Below are positions 37,701-49,142 of a stretch of DNA of 64,000 bases, piece by piece. Every line of letters begins with the position of its first letter. Position 1 is the stretch's first letter. Source of the DNA: Auanema rhodensis (lineage: Eukaryota > Animalia > Nematoda); assembly GCA_964057225.1 (NCBI GenBank), contig OZ059896.1, positions 12,276,001 through 12,340,000 of the forward strand. The letters are read 5' to 3'. The translations under genes and the position numbers were made by a program. The notes under the pieces are model-generated. The model worked only from the letters and a program-made list of their open reading frames with translations, had not been told where the DNA came from and ran no database searches.

Positions 37701-40700
37701 TGATCATTAAAAAACATTTAAATTTCAATATTGTGATGCTCAAAAACTGAAACAGTTGAATATTTTGTATTTTCTAAACCATTTCACTAAATCTTTTTCA
37801 TTTAATTCCATATTTTAAACAATTTTATATTTCTACCACGAATTCATAACTTCATTTTTTAAATTTTTGATCATTAAAAAACATTTAAATTTCAATATTG
37901 TGATGCTCAAAAACTGAAACAGTTGAATATTTTGTAATTTCTAAACCATTTTACTCCATCGCTTTTATTTAATCCCATATTTTAAACAATTTTATATTTC
38001 TACCGCTATTTCATAATTTCATTTTTTAAATTTTTAATCATTAAAAAACATTTAAATTTCAATATTGTGATGCTCAAAAACTGAAACAGTTGAATATTTT
38101 GTAATTTCTAAACCATTTTACTCCATCGCTTTTATTTAATTCCATATTTTAAACAATTTTATATTTCTACCGCTATTTCATAATTTCATTTTTTAAATTT
38201 TTAATCATTAAAAAACATTTAAATTTCAATATTGTGATGCTCAAAAACTGAAACATTTAAATATTTTGTATTTTCTAAACCATTTCACTCCATCTCTTTC
38301 ATTTAATTCCATATTTTAAACAATTTTATATTTCTACCACGAATTCATAACTTCATTTTTTAAATTTTTGATCATTAAAAAACATTTAAATTTCAATATT
38401 GTGATGCTCAAAAACTGAAACATTTAAATATTTTGTATTTTCTAAACCATTTCACTCCATCTCTTTCATTTAATTCCATATTTTAAACAATTTTATATTT
38501 CTACCACGAATTCATAACTTCATTTTTTAAATTTTTAATCATTAAAAAACATTTAAATTTCAATATTGTGATGCTCAAAAACTGAAACAGTTGAATATTT
38601 TGTAATTTCTAAACCATTTTACTCCATCTCTTTCATTTAATTCCATATTTTAAACAATTTTATATTTCTACCACGAATTCATAACTTCATTTTTTAAATT
38701 TTTAATCATTAAAAAACATTTAAATTTCAATATTGTGATGCTCAAAAACTGAAACATTTAAATATTTTGTATTTTCTAAACCATTTCACTCCATCTCTTT
38801 CATTTAATTCCATATTTTAAACAATTTTATATTTCTACCACGAATTCATAACTTCATTTTTTAAATTTTTAATCATTAAAAAACATTTAAATTTCAATAT
38901 TGTGATGCTCAAAAACTGAAACATTTAAATATTTTGTATTTTCTAAACCATTTCACTCCATCTCTTTCATTTAATTCCATATTTTAAACAATTTTATATT
39001 TCTACCACGAATTCATAACTTCATTTTTTAAATTTTTGATCATTAAAAAACATTTAAATTTCAATATTGTGATGCTCAAAAACTGAAACAGTTGAATATT
39101 TTGTAATTTCTAAACCATTTTACTCCATCGCTTTTATTTAATCCCATATTTTAAACAATTTTATATTTCTACCGCTATTTCATAATTTCATTTTTTAAAT
39201 TTTTAATCATTAAAAAACATTTAAATTTCAATATTGTGATGCTCAAAAACTGAAACAGTTGAATATTTTGTAATTTCTAAACCATTTTACTCCATCGCTT
39301 TTATTTAATTCCATATTTTAAACAATTTTATATTTCTACCGCTATTTCATAATTTCATTTTTTAAATTTTTAATCATTAAAAAACATTTAAATTTCAATA
39401 TTGTGATGCTCAAAAACTGAAACATTTAAATATTTTGTATTTTCTAAACCATTTCACTCCATCTCTTTCATTTAATTCCATATTTTAAACAATTTTATAT
39501 TTCTACCACGAATTCATAACTTCATTTTTTAAATTTTTGATCATTAAAAAACATTTAAATTTCAATGTTGTGATGCTCAAAAACTGAAACAGTTGAATAT
39601 TTTGTAATTTCTAAACCATTTTACTCCATCTCTTTCATTTAATTCCATATTTTAAACAATTTTATATTTCTACCACGAATTCATAACTTCATTTTTTAAA
39701 TTTTTAATCATTAAAAAACATTTAAATTTCAATATTGTGATGCTCAAAAACTGAAACATTTAAATATTTTGTATTTTCTAAACCATTTCACTCCATCTCT
39801 TTCATTTAATTCCATATTTTAAACAATTTTATATTTCTACCACGAATTCATAACTTCATTTTTTTAATTTTTGATCATTAAAAAACATTTAAATTTCAAT
39901 ATTGTGATGCTCAAAAACTGAAACAGTTGAATATTTTGTAATTTCTAAACCATTTTACTCCATCGCTTTTATTTAATCCCATATTTTAAACAATTTTATA
40001 TTTCTACCGCTATTTCATAATTTCATTTTTTAAATTTTTAATCATTAAAAAACATTTAAATTTCAATATTGTGATGCTCAAAAACTGAAACAGTTGAATA
40101 TTTTGTATTTTCTAAACCATTTTACTCCATCTATTTTATTTAATCCCACATTTTAAACAATTTTATATTTCTACCGCTATTTCATAATTTCATTTTTTAA
40201 ATTTTTAATCATTAAAAAACATTTAAATTTCAATATTGTGATGCTCAAAAACTGAAACATTTAAATATTTTGTATTTTCTAAACCATTTCACTCCATCTC
40301 TTTCATTTAATTCCATATTTTAAACAATTTTATATTTCTACCACGAATTCATAACTTCATTTTTTAAATTTTTAATCATTAAAAAACATTTAAATTTCAA
40401 TATTGTGATGCTCAAAAACTGAAACATTTAAATATTTTGTATTTTCTAAACCATTTCACTCCATCTCTTTCATTTAATTCCATATTTTAAACAACTTTAT
40501 ATTTCTACCACGAATTCATAACTTCATTTTTTAATTTTTTAATCATTAAAAAACATTTAAATTTCAATATTGTGATGCTCAAAAACTGAAACAGTTGAAT
40601 ATTTTGTATTTTCTAAACCATTTTACTCCATCTATTTTATTTAATCCCATATTTTAAACAATTTTATATTTCTACCGCTATTTCATAACTTCATTTTTTA

Positions 40701-41269
40701 AATTTTTAATCATTAAAAAACATTTGAATTTCAATATTGTGATGCTCAAAAACTGAAACATTTAAATATTTTGTATTTTCTAAACCATTTCACTCCATCT
40801 CTTTCATTTAATTCCATATTTTAAACAATTTTATATTTCTACCACGAATTCATAACTTCATTTTTTAAATTTTTAATCATTAAAAAACATTTAAATTTCA
40901 ATATTGTGATGCTCAAAAAGTGAAACAGTTGAATATTTCGTATTTTCTAAACCATTTTACTCCATCGCTTTTATTTAATTCCATATTTTAAACAATTTAT
41001 TATTTCTACCACGAATTCATAACTTCATTTTTTAAATTTTTGATCATTAAAAAACATTTAAATTTCAATATTGTGATGATCAAAAACTGAAACATTTAAA
41101 TATTTTGTATTTTCTAAAGCATTTCACTCCATCTATTTTGTTTAATCCCATATTTTCAACAATTTTATATTTCTACCGCTATTTCATAATTTCATTTTTT
41201 AAACTTTTAATCATTAAAAAACATTTAAATTTCAATATTGTGATGCTCAAAAACTGAAACAGTTGAATA
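13755..41269. repeat. 167-bp tandem satellite array (right block, about 165 monomers)
   Basis: Same monomer and orientation as the left block, resuming in register after the TSD. It ends abruptly at ...CAGTTGAATA (41269). Confidence 0.99.
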
Positions 41270-41920
41270 ATCTTCTGAGTTCATCTTGATTGTTGTGAAT
41301 AGTAGATGCAGCTTTCCTTTTTCACAAAATATTGCCCAAATCATAACAGAGCCTCCTCCTGCAACACGTTTTGAAAAGTAGCGTGGTTCTTTGCGTAGAT
41401 CCCTCCAGTAAGCATGTGTACCGTCTGGTCCGTCTAAGTTGAACTTTTTCTCATTAGAGAATATAATCTATAACAATAAAAAAGAGCTCAATTTATTTTT
41501 CATGCGTCTTACTTTGGACCAATCACGGTCAAGCTTTATATCAGCAAAAGTTAGCCACTTAATTTTGTGTGCGGGTGTCAGGAACGGTGCTTTTAACATT
41601 TTAGAACGTCTTATATTCTCAGCTTCCTCTAACAATTTTCGGATGGTCCATCGTGAAACGTTAAGATTCAGAATTCGTCCGATTTCGGTACAGCTTCGCT
41701 CACTATTAGACGCAAGACGGATTATACTGCGTCTGTCACGTTGAATAAGGGTTCGTTTCCTTCCAGATTCGCTTTTCCTACTTTCACTTGTACCACCTAA
41801 CAGATATCTAGTTATCGTGGATCGAGCTCTTCCGAGTTCTTGAGTGATTTGTTCATGACGCATACCGAATCGGCGAAAAGAGTCAATTTTGGTTTTTTCC
41901 ACATCTACCTTAGGGGGCAT
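41267..41920 (-). pseudogene. Tc3-like (Tc1/mariner) transposase, 3'-truncated by the satellite
   Basis: ATG at 41920; HTH region with GRKR; 45-bp intron 41468-41512 after WSK. Exon 2 reads IIFSNEKKFNLDGPDGTHAYWRDLRKEPRYFSKRVAGGGSVMIW...KMNSEDY, very similar to C. elegans Tc3. The first catalytic Asp is Asn (FSNE). Confidence 0.92.
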
Positions 41921-42186
41921 TCTGTAGTCAAAACATGAGGTTTTCAAAAAAATAAAAAATGAAATCTAACCTTGATTCACAGCAAAAGTTATCAAGTTAT
42001 GTTTTAGAAACAATAATCATTTTTTACACAAACAAGTTAATTTAAAAACTATAATTAACACAAACTATGAACCATGTAAACTATAAACAATGTAAACAAA
42101 TAAAATTAAGAAATAAATATGTATATAAAATGTATCTTATCGAATTAACGATGAACATATTGATTAGCTTTTATATATATATATTA

Positions 42187-44396
42187 TACTTGGGCAACGA
42201 TTATCGATTTTCGACACGATAATCGATTTTGAATAAATTGCGATTATCGATAATTTATTTATCCCGCAACGCTGAGGTTAGAAAGTACGATAAGTATTTT
42301 ACATTCCGACCCCATACTTCTGAATAAGAGAAAAGAACTTTTTCCTGTAAGAAATGCTCGAAGAAATACACCGACTGTGGAAGTACGACAGTGCTCAAGA
42401 ATCATTTGTAGGAATGCAGCTTGATTAAACCAGTTAATCAATCAGATGTCCGGAAGTTTTTCGATTCAACGGGAAAATTTTCTCAAGAAGAGTTGAACAT
42501 CTTGTTTGCAAAGTTTATCGCCAGCTCCTACTCTTCTGCCAACTGCTTGAATAATCGCCACCTCATCTCAATAATCAAAAGTATCAATTCAAATTTTCGT
42601 GTTCCATCAAGAAAAACTGTTATGCTCCAAATTCAAAAAATAGCTTCAGGTAAGCAAGTATGTTTGAATTATATTATATGATATTTTTGTTTCAGAAAGG
42701 GAAAAAATATATAGAAATTCTGAACGCAAGCGAAACAATCGCCATTTCATTTGATACATGAAGCTCTGAAAACTCAGGTATCTTTATTTAAATTTGAGTT
42801 ATGTTTTTTATTTTCTTATAGTTGTTTCGTTACTAGCAGTCACCGCCCACGTGGTGGATTTTGAATCCGAAAAACGATGGAATTTAGTTTGGGATGTAAT
42901 CGACATAACCGGGTCTCATACAGGCCAGGTTATATATGAGAAACTGATTGAATCGTTGAACTCAACGATTATGAACAAGATAGGCACTTGTGTCACCGAT
43001 GGCGCAACAAACGTGAAGAAAGCATGTGAACTTCTCGGAAAGAAAAAGTGAACTTTCTCCATCAAACATGGAAAAACATTGTGTTTTAGTATCCACTGCT
43101 TCTCTCGCTTTCTCAATCTGATTGTTCAAGCTTCTATAAAAAAAAACCTCTATCCGTTCTCTTGGAAAGAATGCGTGAATTCGCAAAAAAAATGAAGAGA
43201 AGTCCCCGTTTAAAAGAAGAGGCTCAAAAACTTGCTACTTCTGGCTATTACCAAGTTGTTAGAGATTGTCATGTACGGTGGGGAAGTACTTTAAAAATGT
43301 TGACACATTTCCTCATATTAGTACGTGTAAACTGCCTCTTATTATTTTTTTAAAATATTTAGAATGACGTATATGCTCAAATCAACTTTAAAGAAGAAGG
43401 GGAACCTCTATTTAACGAAACTGAATTGCAGTTTTTAACATTCGTTGAAACAATTTTAACGGTGTTTAATGAAGCAACGCTGATGTCGTGCCCGCAACAG
43501 CAAACTGTAGCTTTTACATATGGAACCTGCAAACTAATTGAAAAGAAACTTAACCTGTAAGCTTAGGTTTAAATATTTTGATTAAGAACAGCTGTTACAG
43601 GTTTAATGGAACTACTACTATTCCAATTCATTCGGCATTTATTGCTGATATGATCACCTCTTTCAACACGTATTATCAAAAAATGATAAAAGATGACGAA
43701 AATTTTTTGAAGAAAGCAGCTTTTTTTGATCCACGTTTAGCATACTCAAACATATTAAACAAAGAAGAATGGACCAGAATAGAAATACTTATTTTCTCTG
43801 AAAAGAATGAAATGGCTTCATATCAACCTTTAACTACTGTCACTCGCAAAGATGAAACTGGCTTGTTTGGAGGCATCGAGTCCTCAACACACTCTCGCAC
43901 AGACTTTTTTAAATCGCAAATCGCAGAGTATAGAGGAAGCTTATTAGCGCTTCGTTCTGAGCCTAGCATCGATATAGTTGAATGATGGTTCAAAAAAAAA
44001 CACTTAGTTACTTTAATTAAGATAAGTATGAACTATAACACCGCACCATGTTCATCTGTTGATTCTGAACGTCTGTTCAGGTGATGTTTTTTTGTCAAAA
44101 AAATTACGATGGTTTTTTATAGCAAAATAGGCATCTTTATGGGAAATAAAAGAAGAGGTCGATTATTACCCAAAACCATCAAGAACTACATTTTATCAAA
44201 TTTTGAAGAACCTGAAGAAGTAGAATCAAATAAAAGTGACGATGAAACTGATTATTTTGACTGTTGAAATACGTTAATAAACTCATTTTAATCACTCATT
44301 GAACAACGATAATCGATATTATCGCGATAATTATTGATAATGAACTTTCGATAATTCCTCGATTTCGATTTTGAAATTGAGAATCGTGCCCAAGTA
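42187..44396 (+). mobile_element. hAT DNA transposon, copy 1 (about 2.2 kb)
   Basis: Imperfect TIRs TACTTGGGCAACGATTATCGATTT and AAATTGAGAATCGTGCCCAAGTA; subterminal ATCGAT-rich motifs. No clean 8-bp TSD seen. Confidence 0.88.
42262..44267 (+). pseudogene. hAT transposase pseudogene with six 42-46 bp introns
   Basis: BED finger (CKKC...NHL), ISFDT(W), LLAVTAH, HTG, VTDGATNV, RWGST, AAFFDPR, and hATC motif PCSSVDSERLFS. Introns at 42650-42695, 42778-42821, 43048-43089, 43321-43362, 43557-43600, 44081-44122. Several in-frame stops; start approximate. Confidence 0.9.
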
Positions 44397-45071
44397 GATG
44401 TATGTATTAATTTATAAAATTTGAATATATATATATATATATATGATATATATATTCAAATTTTATAAATTGAAACAAAAACAATATATAATAAAAAATT
44501 TATTCAAATGTATAAATTTTAAAAATACATTTGAAAAGAAATAATTTTAGTAATATTTAAAACATATATACATATTAAAAATACATTTAAAAAGAAATAA
44601 TTTTTAAAATATTTAAAAATACAATTAACAAATATCCAAATATTAAAAATTCATTTAAAAAATACGTTTAAAAAAATAATTTTAAGAATGATTTTAAAAA
44701 AAAATCATGCATTTTGATCCATGCGCAGGCTCGAGAGCCTGCCTCGGGAGGAAAAGTATATTTTTGACGGCTGACGCCGAAAATATGATTTTGGGAGCTG
44801 ACGCCCTCAAAAGTATGTTTTTAGCAACTGTTTGGGGGCGTGGTTAGTAAATTCGGCATGGCTCTCTACTAGTGCACTTGTTTTAACGATTTTATCGAAT
44901 TAACCTGTTTTTTTTTACTGTTTTTATTTTAAAGATAAATAAAATTTTTGCATGTAGATAATTTTGTTCACTGTACTTGTTATGGGTAATTCAATGGAAC
45001 ACATATCGAAAGTTAATTCGATAACAACGATATGAAATACCAAAATTCAATGAAACACATATCGAAGGTTA

Positions 45072-46837
45072 ACAAACTATGAACCATGTAAACTATAAAC
45101 AATGTAAACAAATAAAATTAAGAAATAAATATGTATATAAAATGTATCTTATCGAATTAACGATGAACATATTGATTAGCTTTTATATATATATATTATA
45201 CTTGGGCAACGATTATCGATTTTCGACACGATAATCGATTTTGAATAAATTACGATTATCGATAATTTATTTATCCCGCAACGCTGAGGTTAGAAAGTAC
45301 GATAAGTATTTTACATTCCGACCCCATACTTCTGAAGAAAAGAAAGGAACTTTTTCCTGTAAGAAATGCTCGAAGAAATACACCGACTGTGGAAGTACGA
45401 CAGTGCTCAAGAATCATTTGTAGGAATGCAGCTTGATTAAACCAGTTAATCAATCAGATGTCTGGAAGTTTTTCGATTCAACGGGAAAATTTTCTCAAGA
45501 AGAGTTAAACATCTTGTTTGCAAAATTTTTCGCCAGCTCCTACTCTTCTGCCAACTGCTTGAATAATCGCCACCTCATCTCAATAATCAAAAGTATCAAT
45601 TCAAATTTTCGTGTTCCATCAAGAAAAACTGTTATGCTCCAAATTCAAAAAATAGCTTCAGGTAAGCAAGTATGTTTGAATTATATTATATGATATTTTT
45701 GTTTCAGAAAGGGAAAAAAAATATAGAAATTCTGAACGCAAGCGAAACATTCGCCATTTCATTTGATACATGGAGCTCTGAAAACTCAGGTATCTTTATT
45801 TAAATTTGAGTTATGTTTTTTATTTTCTTATAGTTGTTTCGTTACTAGCAGTCACCGCCCACGTGGTGGATTTTGAATCCGAAAAACGATGGAATTTAGT
45901 TTGGGATATAATCGACATAACCGGGTCTCATACAGGCCAGGTTATATATGAGAAACTGATTGAATCGTTGAACTCAACAATTATGAACAAGATAGGCACT
46001 TGTGTCACCGATGGCGCAACAAACGTGAAGAAAGCATGTGAACTTCTCGGAAAGAAAAAGTGAACTTTCTTCATCAAACATGGAAAAACATTGTGTTTTA
46101 GTATCCACTGCTTCTCTCGCTTTCTCAATCTGATTGTTCAAGCTTCTATAAAAAAAAACCTCTATCCGTTCTCTTGGAAAGAATGCGTGGATTCGCAAAA
46201 AAAATGAAGAGAAGTCCCCGTTTAAAAGAAGAGGCTCAAAAACTTGCTACTTCTGGCTATTACCAAGTTGTTAGAGATTGTCATGTACGGTGGGGAAGTA
46301 CTTCGAAATGTTGACACATTTCCTCATATTAGTACGTGTAAACTGCCTCTTATTATTTTTTTTAAATATTTAGAATGACGTATATGCTTAAATCAACTTG
46401 CTTAAATCAATGTATAAATTTTAAAAATACATTTGAAAAGAAATAATTTTAGTAATATTTAAAACATATATACATATTAAAAATACATTTAAAAAGAAAT
46501 AATTTTTAAAATATTTAAAAATACAATTAACAAATATCCAAATATTAAAAATTCATTTAAAAAATACATTTAAAAAAATAATTTTAAGAATGATTTAAAA
46601 AAAAAATCATGCATTTTGATCCATGCGCAGGCTCGAGAGCCTGCCTCGGGAGGAAAAGTATATTTTTGACGGCTGACGCCGAAAATATGATTTTGAGAGC
46701 TGACGTCCCCAAAAGTATGATTTTGGGAGCTGACGCCCTCAAAAGTATGTTTTTAGCAACTGTTTGGGGGCGTGGTTAGTAAATTCGGCATGACTCTCTA
46801 CTAGTGCACTTGTTTTAACGATTTTATCAAATTAACC
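45072..46837 (+). repeat. Second copy of the 42060-44896 TIR+hAT segment (initial offset 3012) with a 1118-bp internal deletion
   Basis: Near-identical sequence and ORFs at +3012; deletion junction at 46399-46409; variant B Maverick terminus at 46802. Confidence 0.93.
45199..46399 (+). pseudogene. hAT copy 2, left TIR plus 5' half of the transposase
   Basis: Same motifs as copy 1 up to shortly after RWGST; shares the NHL-TAG stop; truncated by the deletion. Confidence 0.9.
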
Positions 46838-47495
46838 TTCGATATGTGTTCTATTAACTTTTGTATTTCATATCGTTATTATCGAATTAACCTTCGATAT
46901 GTGTTCCATTAACTTTTGTATTTCATATTGTTCTTATCGAATTAACCTTCGATATGTGTTTCATTGATTGAGACAGTTTTTTGGTAGATAAGATTAGAAA
47001 AAAAAGGAGGCGGGCAGTATCAAGAAAACGGTTGCTGATATTGTTGTTGTGTATTTTTGAGCTAGATAAACCTTTGTTACTAAATTTGACTTCTATATTA
47101 ATAAATAGAAAGACTATGTTACATACATATCTCAAAGAAAGGCAGCTGACCATGGCAGCTGCTATTATAAAACTAATGCAGATAGTTTTTAAGACATTCT
47201 TTGAATATTCTAGATGTACTTTTTTTAAGCATTGTAACATTTGTGTAAACTGAGTAGGAGTTGTATGCATATATAAGCCTGAGTCTTCAAGACTCAGACA
47301 TCTCATTATCTCATCATCATCTGTTTATCTTCTCTTTCTTTTCTCTAGCTTAAATCTTTGTATAATTATGTTATAATGCAAACAATAAACCTTTATATAT
47401 TTAATCTCTTGTTCCTTATTTCACCATACAGTACACACTAATATATTAAATCATACTCATCAGTAGAGAGCCATGCCGAATTTACTAATCACGCC

Positions 47496-48447
47496 AGTAG
47501 AGAGCCGTGCAAAATTTACTAACCACGCCCCCAAACAGCTGTCAAAAACATACTTTTGGGGGCGTCAGCTGCTAAAAACATAGTTTTGGGGCGCGTCAGC
47601 TGTCAAAAACATATTTTTGAGCGTCAGCTGTTAAAATCATATTTTGGGACCATGGTTCATGGATTCTCCTTTTTTAAATTTAAAAATCATGATTTAAAGC
47701 ATGATTAAAATTTTTTTTTTTTAAATCAAATTTAAATATGCTTTTTTAAATGTATATATATATATTTTTTTTTAATTAATTTTTAAATATATTAAGTGAA
47801 AAAAAAATCTAAATTTTAAATATTTAAATTATATTTAAATTTTATACTTATAAATTATATTTAAATTTTAAATATTTAAATTATATTTAACCTTTATATA
47901 TATAAATTATATTTAAATTTTAAATATATTAATTTGTTTTAAAATTTTATTACTTTATTCATTTATTATATTTATTAATTATGTTTGTTTACTTATTTTG
48001 TTTATTATTTTATAATATTGTGTTTTTTTTTACTGTTTTTATTTTTAAAGATAAATAAAATTTTTGCATGTAGATAATTTTGTTCACCGTACTTGTTATG
48101 GGTAATTCAATGGAACACATATCGAAAGTTAATTCGATAACAACGATATGAAATACCAAAATTCAATGGAACACATATCGAAGGTTAATTCGATAAGAAC
48201 GATATGAAATACCAAAATTTAATGGAACACATATCGAAGGTTAATTCGATAAGAACGACATTAAATTATTAATTTTTGAAATTACAAATTGTTATTAATT
48301 ATATTTATTCTAACAAGTAAAGGTTTCAAATTATAATAAAAGATTAGTTTTAAACTTTATTTTACTAATATAACAATACAATAACTAAATAGAGCACACA
48401 TTGAAGGTAAATACAATAAGATTAAGAAACAGTTGCGCTGACCTCAA
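47496..48447 (+). repeat. Left TIR (variant A)
   Basis: Reverse complement of 60433-61364; inner limit ...CAGTTGCGCTGACCTCAA. Contains a 28-31 bp minisatellite and 56-bp repeats; the AT-rich middle is diverged. Confidence 0.93.
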
Positions 48448-49142
48448 CGCCACGGATATCGATGGTTAATAAACACTAATAACTGCACTGTGGGGGTTTA
48501 AATATAGTATAATCATTTTAACATTTCAAAAGTTTTAGTTTCGTAATATAATCATTAGTAAATATTCAAGAATGAAATATTTTTCACATATAAAACGTTG
48601 GCAGTCATATGTTTTTTGCTACAATATGGGTTTAAAAGTATACTATGAATAATATATGAGCTATTAAGCAAAGTTTAAAAAGCGTAAATGTTTTACAGAG
48701 ATGGCTGTTGTTTATGGCACAAACGGTAAACAATAATGTTTAAAGAGATGTAAAAACTAATTAATATGCAGATTGTTCACAGGTTCAGAGTGCGCCAACT
48801 GCTGGCAACTGTCGATGAGATGAGTATATCTGCATAAATATGCTGTAAAATCTAATTAATAAAAGAATTTCATCAGCAAACTTGATTGTAACACAATGGG
48901 TTGTACTTTACAAAAATCTTTCTATAAAAGGTTGGCAATTTTGCTACATTTACATTTCAGCTCTGCCAACTATCCGAGGATCCGACGTTTCACCATCTCC
49001 TGCCACTTTTTGCCAATCGCCATAGACTGCTCCTCTCTGCAAGTTTGCCTTATATTTTAGAAACTTGGAAATTTTACAAGTTTTGGTATGAACCTTAACT
49101 TAAATTTTTTAAATCTTTAATTTAGATTCACCAATAAAGCAG

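Larger units (their letters stand above)
42030..44870 (-). repeat. Isolated Maverick TIR (variant B), interrupted by the hAT element
   Basis: Ends ...GGCGTGGTTAGTAAATTCGGCATGGCTCTCTACT at 44870, the reverse complement of the terminus at 47462. Segments 42030-42186 and 44450-44490 are reverse complements of parts of 61940-62150. Left boundary approximate. Confidence 0.75.

Noticed and set aside
1-41269. CRISPR-like or information-encoding array
   Set aside because: There are no unique spacers. Monomers differ only by a few recurrent substitutions and one deletion, as in ordinary satellite DNA, and the context is eukaryotic.
44860-44875. Helitron 3' end (CTAG|T)
   Set aside because: The sequence is the Maverick terminus (...CTCTCTACT) plus flank; there is no adjacent subterminal hairpin or Rep/helicase.
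46923-47306. Overlapping 127-aa and 90-aa ORFs
   Set aside because: Low-complexity AT-rich translations with no domain; they overlap repeat-derived sequence.
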